Assembly: GCA_000004985.1 (NCBI GenBank)
Contig: GG738928.1
DNA: 64,000 bases
Direction: 5' to 3' (one strand)
DNA from: Naegleria gruberi
Taxonomy: Eukaryota
Shown: positions 45,813 to 57,124 of the stretch, piece by piece
How the letters are laid out: each line of letters begins with the position of its first letter
Position numbering within the stretch: position 1 is the stretch's first letter
Translations under genes and position numbers: made by a program
Notes under the pieces: generated by a model
The model's input: the letters and a program-made list of their open reading frames with translations, nothing else
The model's database searches: none
Told to the model about the DNA's origin: nothing

Positions 45813-48128
45813 ATGGACAAAAGTTTATTCATCTCTTTCATTGAATGTCGATGGACGAAACTAAGGTCAATTCTTGTCTCTACAACCTTTCCAAAAAACA
45901 ATAGTTATGGAAATATAGAATTTTCAAAGATGCAAAAAATGCTCACACCTTCTCATTCACTATCACTTCTCCATTTGATGCTCACTAGTTGGTTTCTAAC
46001 AATCTTGTTATTCTATACGAAACCTATCGTCTCATTATCCTCCTCTTCTTCTTCATCTTTTATTCAATACATTTCCAGCAACAAAATTAATGAATTAAAT
46101 TCCTCTACCATTATTATCGGAGCAAATAATTTCATCAATTTATATCTATGGAAAGATTTAGAAATTTATTCGATAGGTCAATTACTTAATTCCACTAATT
46201 CTCAGAAAGAATTAAACTTTTTTTCATATGACACGAATGGAATTTCAGAAAATGATATGATTAGAATGATTCGAATACTTCAATCTAATAATTTTGCACT
46301 CATTCCATCCAAATGGAAGTTTAAACAAGTTGTCATGCAGAAAAACACCGAATGTCTCTATGGAAGTTTATTCGAAAGGTTTGATATTCTAATTGGGACT
46401 GCTGATGAGTTTGCTGAGAGAGTGAGATTGAGTAGAGGTCATCAACAGAGGAGAAAGAAATCTTTCGAATATTTAAATCCTAATGATTTTTATATCATTC
46501 CACTTTTTCCTAGAAATTTCTATATTGTTACAATGGAAAATTACAATCATTTGAATTTATTCGAAAGTGAATTTTACAATTATTTCATTTCGAATAGTAG
46601 ATACAATCAAACAAATTGTCTAGAAAGTATCAAACATGATTCGTCCATTATCGAACATTTACATGGAATTCTCTATTTCACATCTTTACAAATTGACTGG
46701 AGTTTACAATATTTCAATATTTCACACATTCCTTACAATAATTCAATAATTTCCAACTTTATATTTTCAAATCTCTTTGAAAGTAATGACTATATTTGGA
46801 ATTATTCCAAAGTTTCACAACACTTGTGGGAATCCACTTGTTATCATTGCACAACCACTTCATGTGTGGCTGAGAATTGGACATGGGGTGATTCATTGGA
46901 TTTGACAGTTGTGTGTAGCGGAGTTTTATTCTATGCAATTCTATTAATTTCTGGAGCTTTTAAATCTCCGGTTGTGTATAGAAAATATGGAATTATATTT
47001 TTGTCACCATTTCTAAATATGGGATTATTTACAGCCTTGTTGAATGCATTTAATAATTCATGTATTTCTCTGGGAACTATATTTTCAAATTATGCTGCTT
47101 GTTTGATGAATATTATTTATATTTGTACTGTTTTGAGATATTTCTATTTAAGGAATTTATATAATTTTGTTAAGAGTTCAAAATATCCATCTTTGTACAA
47201 ATATTTGGCTGGTGAAATGTTTGGATTCTTCTTTACAATTATCATTCCAATGATTTTTACTTTAATATTTCCAATTACTATAATTGTACTTGTTGGCGAT
47301 TACAATGCTGATTTATTTAATTTGGCAAATAATTTAATAATTGCAATTTTGGCAGCTGTTTCATGCATTGCTGGATTTTCAACTTTAATTTTTGATGCTA
47401 TTAAGAATAGAAAGATAATTTCCAAATTTGGATTTTCAAGATTTTTCATATTTGAAGATCCTTACTTTTTTAGAATTGACTTGTTATCACTTCCAATAAT
47501 TTTCTTATTACTTGTTTTATTGGCAATTATTTTCATGATTGCACCAATTTATGTTCTAATTGTCAGATTCCTAATTGGGATGACATTATATCTCTTATTT
47601 GGAACAAGTTTAGTAATGTTAATTGTTGAACAGTTGAAATTTAAAACATTTAGAATTAAATCAGCAAATGATGAAGTTATTGACAAGAATCAACAAGAAG
47701 ATATTACTAAGGAATATATTGAAATGATTAAGGAAAATAAGAATGAAGATTTGTGTCAACTTTTTAAATTATACTGTCAAAAGTCATTGGCATTGGAAAA
47801 TTTAATGTTGATGGATGTATTGATTGAAAAAAAGAGAAAATCAACAAGTATTTCAGTAGAGGATATGAAACATATTAAGGAAGAATTTTTAATTTCCTAT
47901 TCTGCGTATGAAGTTAACATTTCCTCACAAGTGAGACAAAATTTCGAACAAAACTTGCAAGATGCTTTATCGAAGAATGAAGCAAAGGTCAACAATGAAA
48001 TTCTCACAGATTTAATGGTGGAAATTGAGACAAATATCAAGTCAACATTTATGCGTTTTGCCAAGACAAGTGAATTTTTGGAATGGCAAGAAATTTACTC
48101 TTTACAAAAAGAAAGAGCAGTTTTGTAA
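45813..48128 (+). CDS. 7TM receptor with a Cys-containing extracellular N-terminal domain and a C-terminal RGS domain (7TM-RGS architecture)
   Basis: Seven hydrophobic helices between residues ~370 and 600. The C-terminus matches the RGS-box pattern (LFKLYCQKSLALENLMLMDVLIEKKR...EEFLISYSAYEVNISSQVRQN...IETNIKSTFMRFAKTSEFL). ATG at 45813; the track start is TTG. Confidence 0.6.
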   Translation: MDKSLFISFIECRWTKLRSILVSTTFPKNNSYGNIEFSKMQKMLTPSHSLSLLHLMLTSWFLTILLFYTKPIVSLSSSSSSSFIQYISSNKINELNSSTIIIGANNFINLYLWKDLEIYSIGQLLNSTNSQKELNFFSYDTNGISENDMIRMIRILQSNNFALIPSKWKFKQVVMQKNTECLYGSLFERFDILIGTADEFAERVRLSRGHQQRRKKSFEYLNPNDFYIIPLFPRNFYIVTMENYNHLNLFESEFYNYFISNSRYNQTNCLESIKHDSSIIEHLHGILYFTSLQIDWSLQYFNISHIPYNNSIISNFIFSNLFESNDYIWNYSKVSQHLWESTCYHCTTTSCVAENWTWGDSLDLTVVCSGVLFYAILLISGAFKSPVVYRKYGIIFLSPFLNMGLFTALLNAFNNSCISLGTIFSNYAACLMNIIYICTVLRYFYLRNLYNFVKSSKYPSLYKYLAGEMFGFFFTIIIPMIFTLIFPITIIVLVGDYNADLFNLANNLIIAILAAVSCIAGFSTLIFDAIKNRKIISKFGFSRFFIFEDPYFFRIDLLSLPIIFLLLVLLAIIFMIAPIYVLIVRFLIGMTLYLLFGTSLVMLIVEQLKFKTFRIKSANDEVIDKNQQEDITKEYIEMIKENKNEDLCQLFKLYCQKSLALENLMLMDVLIEKKRKSTSISVEDMKHIKEEFLISYSAYEVNISSQVRQNFEQNLQDALSKNEAKVNNEILTDLMVEIETNIKSTFMRFAKTSEFLEWQEIYSLQKERAVL

Positions 48129-48204
48129 ATTTCCATTTCAATTTCCATCAAATTCTTTCACTAGCTTACAATAAATTTCCATTTCAAGTTCATCATAGAT
48201 TTTA

Positions 48205-49852
48205 TTAGCAAGTAAAATAGGAAAAGTTTGGAACTTCCCACAATCCAATAAAATTCTCTTCAAATACTTCTGCTTCCTCTTCATCATCGCTTGAATCATC
48301 ATCATCACTCATTGCATCATTTGAGTACATTCTCTTGTACTTTCGTTCTCCAGTGGAAAATGCAATATAAGGAAGATAGGGATGAAGATTAACAGAATTC
48401 ACCACCAATTGATTCATTGAGGAAGTAGCAGCGAGTTCTACAACTTCTGAACCACTTTTCACCATGTCAAATACTTTAATTTTACCGTCACATGTACCAG
48501 CACATGTGAATTGTGTGAAAATGTCAGTGTCAAAATTAATTTTCTGATTCGTGTTGAAATTCCTTGAAAAATCAAAAATTTTGATTGGTTCGAATAAATT
48601 TCTCAAATCCCAACAAACAATTTTATCACTCTTTCTAGACGAAACTAGTAAATAATTTCCATCTGATGAAAATTTAACACAATTCACACCAGTTCCATAT
48701 TCACATTCAATCACATGTTGAACTGAATCAAGATTTTGATCATAAACTCCAATTGTGTTATTGTAACATCCAGCAACATATATATTTTCCTCAATTGGAT
48801 TAAAATCAAAACAGGAAATAAAACCAGTTTGTCCAAATCTTTTTGTTTTCTTTTTTGATCCACTTCCACGAATTGACTGTTTTTCCATGGTGTGAATTTC
48901 TGAATATTCTGATGAACTACCAACTTGTGCATCAAATACACAAATTCTCTGATCCAATCCACAATATATTCTAATTATTATTATTATCATTAAAATTCAT
49001 TAAATTCATTGAATTTTCAAATAATTTTCCTTAATATTCATCATTCAAAATATTGAAATAAAACTTACTTGTTACCTTGTGATAATTTTCCATTAAAAGA
49101 AACTGATATAATATTATCAGTTTCTCCCATTTTATCTCTAACCATGAATGAATTTAATAAATTTCCATTAAAAGCATCCCACATATGAACAGGTTGTTTT
49201 GAACTCACTGTCAGAAAATTACAAAAACTCAAAGAAGAGGAAGACATTAATGGATTCCAACAAAAATCATTAATACATCCACCTTCTTTCACTGATAGAC
49301 ATGGACTCCATTCAATATGTGAAAAATTGGCATTTTCACTGAAATTTCTTCCAAGAATTTCTTGTGGTCTTTCAATGATTAATTTCACACATTCGAGTTG
49401 ACTTACAATTCAAATAATCTTACAATATTATCATTACTATTACTTAATAGACATAATCCATCAGGTGACCATTTAATTCCTTTCGTATAAATTGGAATTT
49501 CATCTTTGGAAAATCCAAATTCTCCCTTTTTAGATTTTAACACAACATTTCCTTGATTTTCCAAAGATTTATCAAAATTTAATTTTAAATATGAAATTAA
49601 TGATGAATTTGTTACTACTTCTTCTTTGAGAATTACTTGTTCATTGTCATCATGATGCTGATGATTAATTATTGCTTGTTCAATTTGTTCTTCTTCTTCA
49701 TGATGATCGGAAGTAATATTCATCATCATCATTATTGGTTGTTGTTGATTTAATTCTTCCGAAATTTTCGAATCTTTTGAATCTTTTTCTGTGGCTTGCA
49801 TTTCTGCAGTGATGGTGTTGATAGTTGTGGTTGTGGTTGTATCTTCCATCAT
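48205..49852 (-). CDS. WD40-repeat protein (possibly WRAP53/TCAB1-like) with a Thr/His/Glu-rich N-terminus and acidic C-terminus. Three exons (49407..49852, 49069..49368, 48205..48970); introns 38 and 99 nt.
   Basis: The two GTAAGT donors and the AG acceptors join three ORFs in phase. WD repeats are present (KGIKWSPDGLCLLSNSNDNIVRLFEL ..., GVNCVKFSSDGNYLLVSSRKSDKIVCWDL). The first ATG is MMEDTTT. Confidence 0.55.
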
Positions 49853-50101
49853 AAAGTCAAAATGCAATCTTTCAATATATTGTACGTTGAAGAGACAATT
49901 TTTTTTTAAATTCAAACAATTTTTGACCTTTTTCAATTATTATAAAAAATCAATTGAATAAGTGACTTGCTAAATTTGGGTTAAAATTACAATTTATACA
50001 CTTTAAAATTCATCACCATCATTAAGGTACTAAAATAATATTCAAAAATTTAATTCTTCTTCAATCAATTCGAAATATCAAAAAAGCCTAAAACAAAAAA
50101 A

Positions 50102-53100
50102 ATGTTCAAAGGTACACCTTCAACAAAGGAACAACAACAACAATTGGAAGAATCAGCTGCCAACAAACGTAAACGGTCATCCTTTGATGATGATTCCGAT
50201 TCTGATTCATCATCTTCGGATGAAGAAACTTTTGCATCATCATCATTAGCCTTTAATAATCATAATAATTTAATGAATGATGAACAAGTTAATGAACAAT
50301 CAAAAGCCTCCTCTTCATCAATTATTGATAATGATCAGAAAGAAGATGAAGAGAATACAATGAAATTATCGGAATTTAAAAAGACACTTCTCTCTAAATT
50401 ATCTAAACAATATACAACAATTATTACACAGAATGAATTGGATATTCTTGAACAACAACTTCTTTCTAATCCATTTGCATTTTCATCATCAGAATGGGAT
50501 GAATTAATTGGTCAATATCAATATAGATCCTACATTGGACAATTTAATCATCAAATTGATAAAAGAAATACTGATTTACCATCACAATATTCAGTTTTAT
50601 TAAATAATCAATATATTAATGTGAATGCATTGGAAAAAACAAGACATTTGAGATGGAAACGATCAGAATTTTTGAAATTAGGAGAAGAATCATGGTTAGA
50701 TTGGATTAGAGAGGAGGAATTACATTTTATGGAAGGAAAATACTCAGATCATCAACAACGAGATGTTATTAAATGTATATATGAAAGAGCACTTTTATGG
50801 GAAAATTATTCTTGTAAGTTGTTATATAGTAATTAATTGTTTGATATTTATTCCATTGTTGATTATTCATGTTCTATTAAATAGACAAGACATTAAGAGC
50901 TAATTATTGTAAATTCATGTTAAAATATTATGAAAGTAATAGTAGTATTATTGATGATAGTTTCAATCTGGTATTTAATTTAGTGGGATATGATGAGGAA
51001 ATTTGTAATTTATATTTGAAATATTTAAAGCAATATGAAAAAAATCATTCCAAAATTAGAAATATCTATGCAAACTTGTTAAAACATCCAAATCATCAAT
51101 CTGTTTTCACAATTTGGAAGGAATATAATCAATGGGAAAAGAATCCATCAGATGATGAAATGAAAGCCAGATATATTCACGCACTCAAACAAGTTGAAGA
51201 GAGAATTTCACTTCAAAAACAAACACAAGATGAATCTTCATATTTGGAACAAATTAATTTTGAAATGAAAAAGTACAATAATTGTAAAGAATTACTAAAA
51301 TCAAAGGAATTTAATGAAATGTCTTTGGAGGATTTGAATGAAATTGGTTCTATTTTAAAGGAGAGAATTACATTACTTTTAAAGAAAGTAGCAAGTGAGA
51401 GTAATAATTCTGAAACTCTATGGAATATGCTATTGAACTTTTTAATAAGTGAAAAGGATGAATTTATTTCAACTAATAATGAAACATTGTCCTCTTCAAA
51501 TGGAATATTCAATACTATTAAGACTTTACATGAAATAATCAAGACAAATTTCAAGTACTTGGATAATAGTCATCTTTCAATTTACTTGCAAAATATTGAA
51601 CAAGTGGATGATAATTTATTGAACGCTCTTCATCTTCACATGACTTGTTGGGTTGCCTTTAAGAATCTTTCATGGAATTCTGAAATGCACAAGTACTTGA
51701 TACTAAGTTTGGAGATTTTACATGAATTATCTTCCAGCAAGTTGGAATATTCTTCAAGTTATTTGAAACTTATCAATGATATCATGTTTAACAAATCAAT
51801 GCATGCTCTCAATTCATTTGCCAATGATTTGACATTTAATGATTACTATCAAGTATTCTCAACCTTCTGTTCATGTCTTACTAGACTCAATAGAAAGCTA
51901 TACTTCAATATCAGTACCAGATCGGAACCAAATGAAAATTTAAATTCTGCACTGGTAGAAGTATCACAAGCAGCTGATCAATCATTCCAAACATTCTCCG
52001 ATTACTTGGATCAATACTTTAAAATGGACACATCTCGTGTGCATTATTTTGAACTTCAATATGCTGAATTTTTATTGGAGAATGGACAATCTCAGAGAGC
52101 TTTAGAATTCTTTGAAAATGTTCTAATGAATAATGAAATATTCAAGAAGGAACTTAGAGCATGGCAAGATTTTATTCAATTCATGGAGAAAATTAATTGG
52201 TTTGAAATTAATAATGAAAATCCACTCGAAACTAAACATGAGAAGATATCAGCTACCTACGATCTTGGAATTCGTTCAATGGATAATCCAAGCACTAAAC
52301 AAATTCTTGCCAAATTGTGGTTGTACTATGAAAAGGTCAATTCCAATTCTGTACATTCCATTATTAAGGCTGAAAATATTTTGAAACAATTTAAAGATTC
52401 ACAAAAGAAAAAGATGAAGGAAAAATCCAACACTAAGGAAAAGTCAAATATTAAGGAAAAATCCATCATCAAGGAAAAATCAAATGATGATAAGGGAAAG
52501 ACTGAAAAGAAACCAAAGGAAGAAAAGAAAACAAAGGTAAAAGAAGATAGACCAAAGAAGAAGGTTAAATTCGCTACTACTGAAGAAGAATTAGTGGAAC
52601 AAGTACCAAGTGAAAATACCAACATTATCAGCAGTGAAATCTCAAATGTTGAACAACAATTGGATCATGATGTTGAAATGAAAGAATTGGAAAATATCAA
52701 ATCATCAACAGAAAAAACAATGGAAACAAAATCAACAAGTAATGAAACAAATCAACCACAAACAGAACCACCAAAGAAAATCAAGAAGGAATCATCTGAT
52801 GAAAAGCCTTGTTTAAATGTTGTTGTTTGGAATTTACCATTCAGTATGAAAGAACAAGATATACGTGAGCTATTCCAACAACATTCAATTCAAGCAAAGA
52901 GAATAACTCTCATCACTCGTGAGAATGGATCCTCTAAGGGAATGGCATTTGTTGAATTGGAAAGTCATGAAATTATTCAACAAGCCATTGAAAAACTTAA
53001 TAATTATGGAATTGATAAAGAAGGAAATTTACTTAAAGTAGCTCAAGCAGAAACAGCCAAAATGAAAAAATTATTGAAAAAGCAAAAAGATATTACTAAT

Positions 53101-53373
53101 AAGAAGTTTGTACACAATTCAACTCCTAAATTACATATTAAGGAATCAGATACAAGACAAAAGAAGCCAAACATGTTTAAACCAAGATCAGTTCCAAAGA
53201 GAAATGAAACAATTTCATCATCATCATCATCAAGTGGTAATAATAATCAACAAACAGCAAGTGGCAGTGGCAGTGATTCAGTAGTTACTAATAACACTGA
53301 AAATCAATCACAACCATCAGCTGCTGCAGTGGGTGGTTTGAGTAATGATGATTTTAAAAAGTTTTTAAGATAA
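50102..53373 (+). CDS. HAT/TPR-like repeat protein with a C-terminal RRM (SART3/Prp24-like?) and a Lys/Glu-rich linker. Two exons (50102..50813, 50885..53373), 71-nt intron.
   Basis: The donor GTAAGT follows ...LWENYS and the acceptor AATAG is in phase, linking the 244-aa and 818-aa ORFs. The RRM reads LNVVVWNLPFSMKEQDIRELF...KGMAFVELESHE. Confidence 0.5.
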
Positions 53374-53596
53374 ACAAGTACTCATTCTTGATCAGTCTAT
53401 TCTTTAAGCAAATGTTGTTGTACTTAAATACGAATATTTCCGTAGCCTCGGAAACATTACAAAAAAAAAATAGTCGCACATCATACCCACATTTACTGTA
53501 CATCATGATGTACATCATGAATACACACTTATAATAGTTTCAAGAAGAATAAATGTTGAATGACATTATGAAGGTGATGTTGATCATACTAAAAAA

Positions 53597-54919
53597 ATGG
53601 ACAAACGACAAAGACAAGATTTTGAAAATCCTCAATTAATTAATTCGGAAGAGAAAGCAAAAAAGGTTGCAAAAGTCCAACAAGATGTATTTTCAGATGA
53701 TATTTGTTTTGAAATAATTTCAATGCTTGATGATTCGTGGTTTATTTTAAATACTTGTTCATTAATTTCAAAACAATTCTTTAAGGTGATCAAGGAACGT
53801 TCAAAACTTGCTATTCAATTTCAAAAGAAATTTACAGAGAAACGAGTTAAATTATTCATGAAAAGTCAATTTATGAATAGTATTGTTAAAGTTAAATTTT
53901 CTAGTCGGTTGCTTCAAGCCATAGAAACCCCCAAATTGATAAGTGCAATGAAACAATTAACATCACTTAATATTTATGACAATGGAATTGGTGATGAAGA
54001 AATCAAATACATCAGTGAAATGAAACAATTAACATCACTTAATATTGGTTACAATAGAGTTGGGGATGAAGGAGCCAAATATTTAAGTGAAATGAAACAA
54101 TTAACATCGCTTAATATTGGTTACAATAGAGTTGGTATAGAAGGAGCCAAATATTTAAGTGAAATGGAACAATTAACATCACTTAATATTGGTTACAGTA
54201 GAATTGGTATAGAAGGAGTCAAATACATCAGTGAAATGAAACAATTAACGTCACTTAATATTTCTAAAAATGAAGTTAGCAATGAAGGAGCCAAATATTT
54301 AAGTGAAATGAAACAATTGAGATTACTTAATATTTATCACAATGAAATTGGTGATGAAGGAGTCAAATATTTAAGTGAAATGAAACAATTAACATCACTT
54401 CATATTGGTTACAATAGAATTGGTCTAGAAGGAGTCAAATTGATAAGTGAAATGGAACAATTGACATCACTTGATATTTCTGAAAATGAAATTAGTGATG
54501 AAGGAGCAAAATATTTAAGTGAAATGGAACAATTAACATCACTTAATATTGATTACAGTAGAATTGGTCTAGAAGGGGTCAAATACATCAGTGAAATGAA
54601 GCAATTAACATCACTTACTATTGCTTACAATAGAATTGGTATAAAAGGAGCTAAATTGATAAGTGAAATGAAACAATTGAGATTACTTGATATTTCTAAC
54701 AATGAAATTAGTGATGAAGGAGCCAAATATCTAAGTGAAATGAAACAATTGATATCACTTTATATTTCTGAAATTGGAATTGGTATAAAAGGAGTCAAAT
54801 ACATCAGTGAAATGAAACAATTGAGATTACTTGATATTACTCGCAATAGAATTGGAAAAGAAGGAGCTAAATTGTTAAGTGAAATGAAACAATTGACACC
54901 ACTCTGTTTGGAATTGTAA
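53597..54919 (+). CDS. F-box-like / RNI-type LRR protein with about 16 near-identical 24-aa leucine-rich repeats
   Basis: N-terminal DICFEIISMLDDSWFILNTCSLISKQFFKVIKE, then repeated MKQLTSLNIGYNRIGDEGAKYLSE units, which are 72-bp tandem units at the DNA level. Confidence 0.6.
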   Translation: MDKRQRQDFENPQLINSEEKAKKVAKVQQDVFSDDICFEIISMLDDSWFILNTCSLISKQFFKVIKERSKLAIQFQKKFTEKRVKLFMKSQFMNSIVKVKFSSRLLQAIETPKLISAMKQLTSLNIYDNGIGDEEIKYISEMKQLTSLNIGYNRVGDEGAKYLSEMKQLTSLNIGYNRVGIEGAKYLSEMEQLTSLNIGYSRIGIEGVKYISEMKQLTSLNISKNEVSNEGAKYLSEMKQLRLLNIYHNEIGDEGVKYLSEMKQLTSLHIGYNRIGLEGVKLISEMEQLTSLDISENEISDEGAKYLSEMEQLTSLNIDYSRIGLEGVKYISEMKQLTSLTIAYNRIGIKGAKLISEMKQLRLLDISNNEISDEGAKYLSEMKQLISLYISEIGIGIKGVKYISEMKQLRLLDITRNRIGKEGAKLLSEMKQLTPLCLEL

Positions 54920-55318
54920 AACAAATAAAACACAAATAAAAGCTTACTGATATTCTTCATCTAAAATTATGAGATAGCAACGATGCTTAGAAATCTTGAA
55001 TGAACTAGAAAACTCCAAAGAAGAAACAACAAAATGAGTCTGGTAATACTTGTTTTTCTTTTCTATCGTTCTTTTGATTCAAGTTTGAGTTGAAATCTTC
55101 TATTGTTGTATGTGTTTGGATCAATTTTTGAAAGTGGCAATTCCTAAAAATATAAATAGATGAAGAATTTTGAATGGAATGAAATTGTCTCTTGGTCAAT
55201 TAAAAAAAAAGAAACCTACTGCAATAAATCCTATGATCGTCATGTACATTGATTTATTGAGCCCTCTTGTCTTTTGATAGTTATACAACATTGGCAAGAG
55301 GGCATTTGTTACAAAGTC

Positions 55319-55368
55319 NNNNNNNNNNNNNNNNNNNNNNNNNNNNNNNNNNNNNNNNNNNNNNNNNN
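55319..55368. other. Assembly gap (50 N)
   Basis: Run of N; isolated N at 45609 and 55391. Confidence 1.
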
Positions 55369-56216
55369 CACCTAAATGGATTAGTAGTTTNTGATATGTT
55401 CAATAAAAATCAAACTTTCTACATTTTTCTTACAATATTAGACTTAATATATGGAATTTGTTAAAAGAAATAATGACTGTTTCAAATAATTGCATTCAAT
55501 ATTAAAATTACAATTGAAGAAATGTAAAATCACAATAAGACATTCACAATTCAAGCTCACCAACAAGTAACATTGTGAAAGTCAAAGAGAGTTGAGTTAC
55601 TAATTTCCCTATTTATAAAGGTGGAAAACAAGGTTTTTAATTGATACTTAGTATCAATTTTGATATAATTTCTCACAAGTTGGAAAATTACAGTTCTATT
55701 CATCTATTTTTCTATTTATGATACTAATATCCGGGAATGATGTATTTAAATTGTTGTACTGAAATTGGCACATAGGGTAGCTTACAATCGCTTGTAAAAC
55801 ATTCCACTCACTCGCAAGCAATTAAAACCAAATGAATCACTTCACAACTTTTTCAAAGAAATCAATTCAAATAAGCTCCATAATTTAAAAAACATCTTTC
55901 CTATGTGAAATTCTCCTACTCCTAGCTCTCATAGGATGAGTTCCAATATTTGGTCAAGTGGTTGTTGTCCTTAGTGAGAAGAAGGTTATTACTAATTTAG
56001 TTTATTGGTTATTGAAATTGTAATTTAACAATATTAAATATAAATATTATGATCTACTAAATCCACTACAAATACCAATTTTAGAATATAATTTCATTGC
56101 TCTAACCAATTATATCCACAACCCTTACATATTGAAATAACAAATATAAACACATTTACACACATGTTAAAATAGTTCAATAATAATTTCATCATGAAAA
56201 ACAATTATAGAACAAA

Positions 56217-56711
56217 TTATTTATTTTTTTTAAATAATTCTAAAATATTTTTAAAATAATAAAAAATTATTAAAATTAAATTTGGTAATAAAGATAATTT
56301 TACAAATATATTATTATTATAAACAGTTAAAAATAATAAATTATAAACATATAAATAACTAATTAAAGTAAATAAACCAATAAATAAATTTAAAATAAAT
56401 TTCTTATTAAAATAAAAAATATAAAATAATAAAATTAAAATTGAAATTATAAAATAAATAAAACTTTCAAGATGAAATTGTCTAACAAGTATTTTATCCA
56501 AACTTGGTAATAATTTTAAATTCATTGGTAATGGTTTTGTAAAATAAATTCCCAAAGTAAAAAATAAACTTGTAAAAAAGTGTAAAATCATGAATAAATA
56601 TTCTTTCATTAATATTTTTGTATTTCCTATTAAAAGATATAAAAATAATGTTAAATATATTAAAATAAATGATGAAAATGTAAATATTGAAAGACTTGTT
56701 ATGGAAAACAT
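56217..56711 (-). CDS. Putative small polytopic membrane protein (164 aa) encoded in an extremely AT-rich block (~10% GC); may be spurious
   Basis: ATG ORF made of very hydrophobic Phe/Leu/Ile/Tyr-rich segments. Composition alone can generate such ORFs. Confidence 0.25.
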   Translation of the reverse strand: MFSITSLSIFTFSSFILIYLTLFLYLLIGNTKILMKEYLFMILHFFTSLFFTLGIYFTKPLPMNLKLLPSLDKILVRQFHLESFIYFIISILILLFYIFYFNKKFILNLFIGLFTLISYLYVYNLLFLTVYNNNIFVKLSLLPNLILIIFYYFKNILELFKKNK

Positions 56712-57124
56712 TTTAAAAGATTATGATAATTATATATTATTAATGATGATGATGGTAATGATGGTATGAATGATATGATAACGATGGTGATGATTGTATT
56801 TTAATACTATAATAATTTAATCAGTGATGAAGTATGATGATTGTATAAATTATCTTTAGAGTCAAAGATGATATGATGTTCCGAATTTTTTTTAATATTA
56901 TTTTCATCAACAATCAAATTTTTCCATTTCATACAACAAACTTGAACCTTAATAATACTACAACAACAACTAGTGGCACAACAATCAAACATTCAATTTG
57001 TAATTCATTCATATTCTATCGATTGATTGATTAATTAATTCATACTATTTTATTATCATTTTACAAATATATACTACTACTACTATATATATATTAACTT
57101 GTTTACCATATATTTCCATTATAA

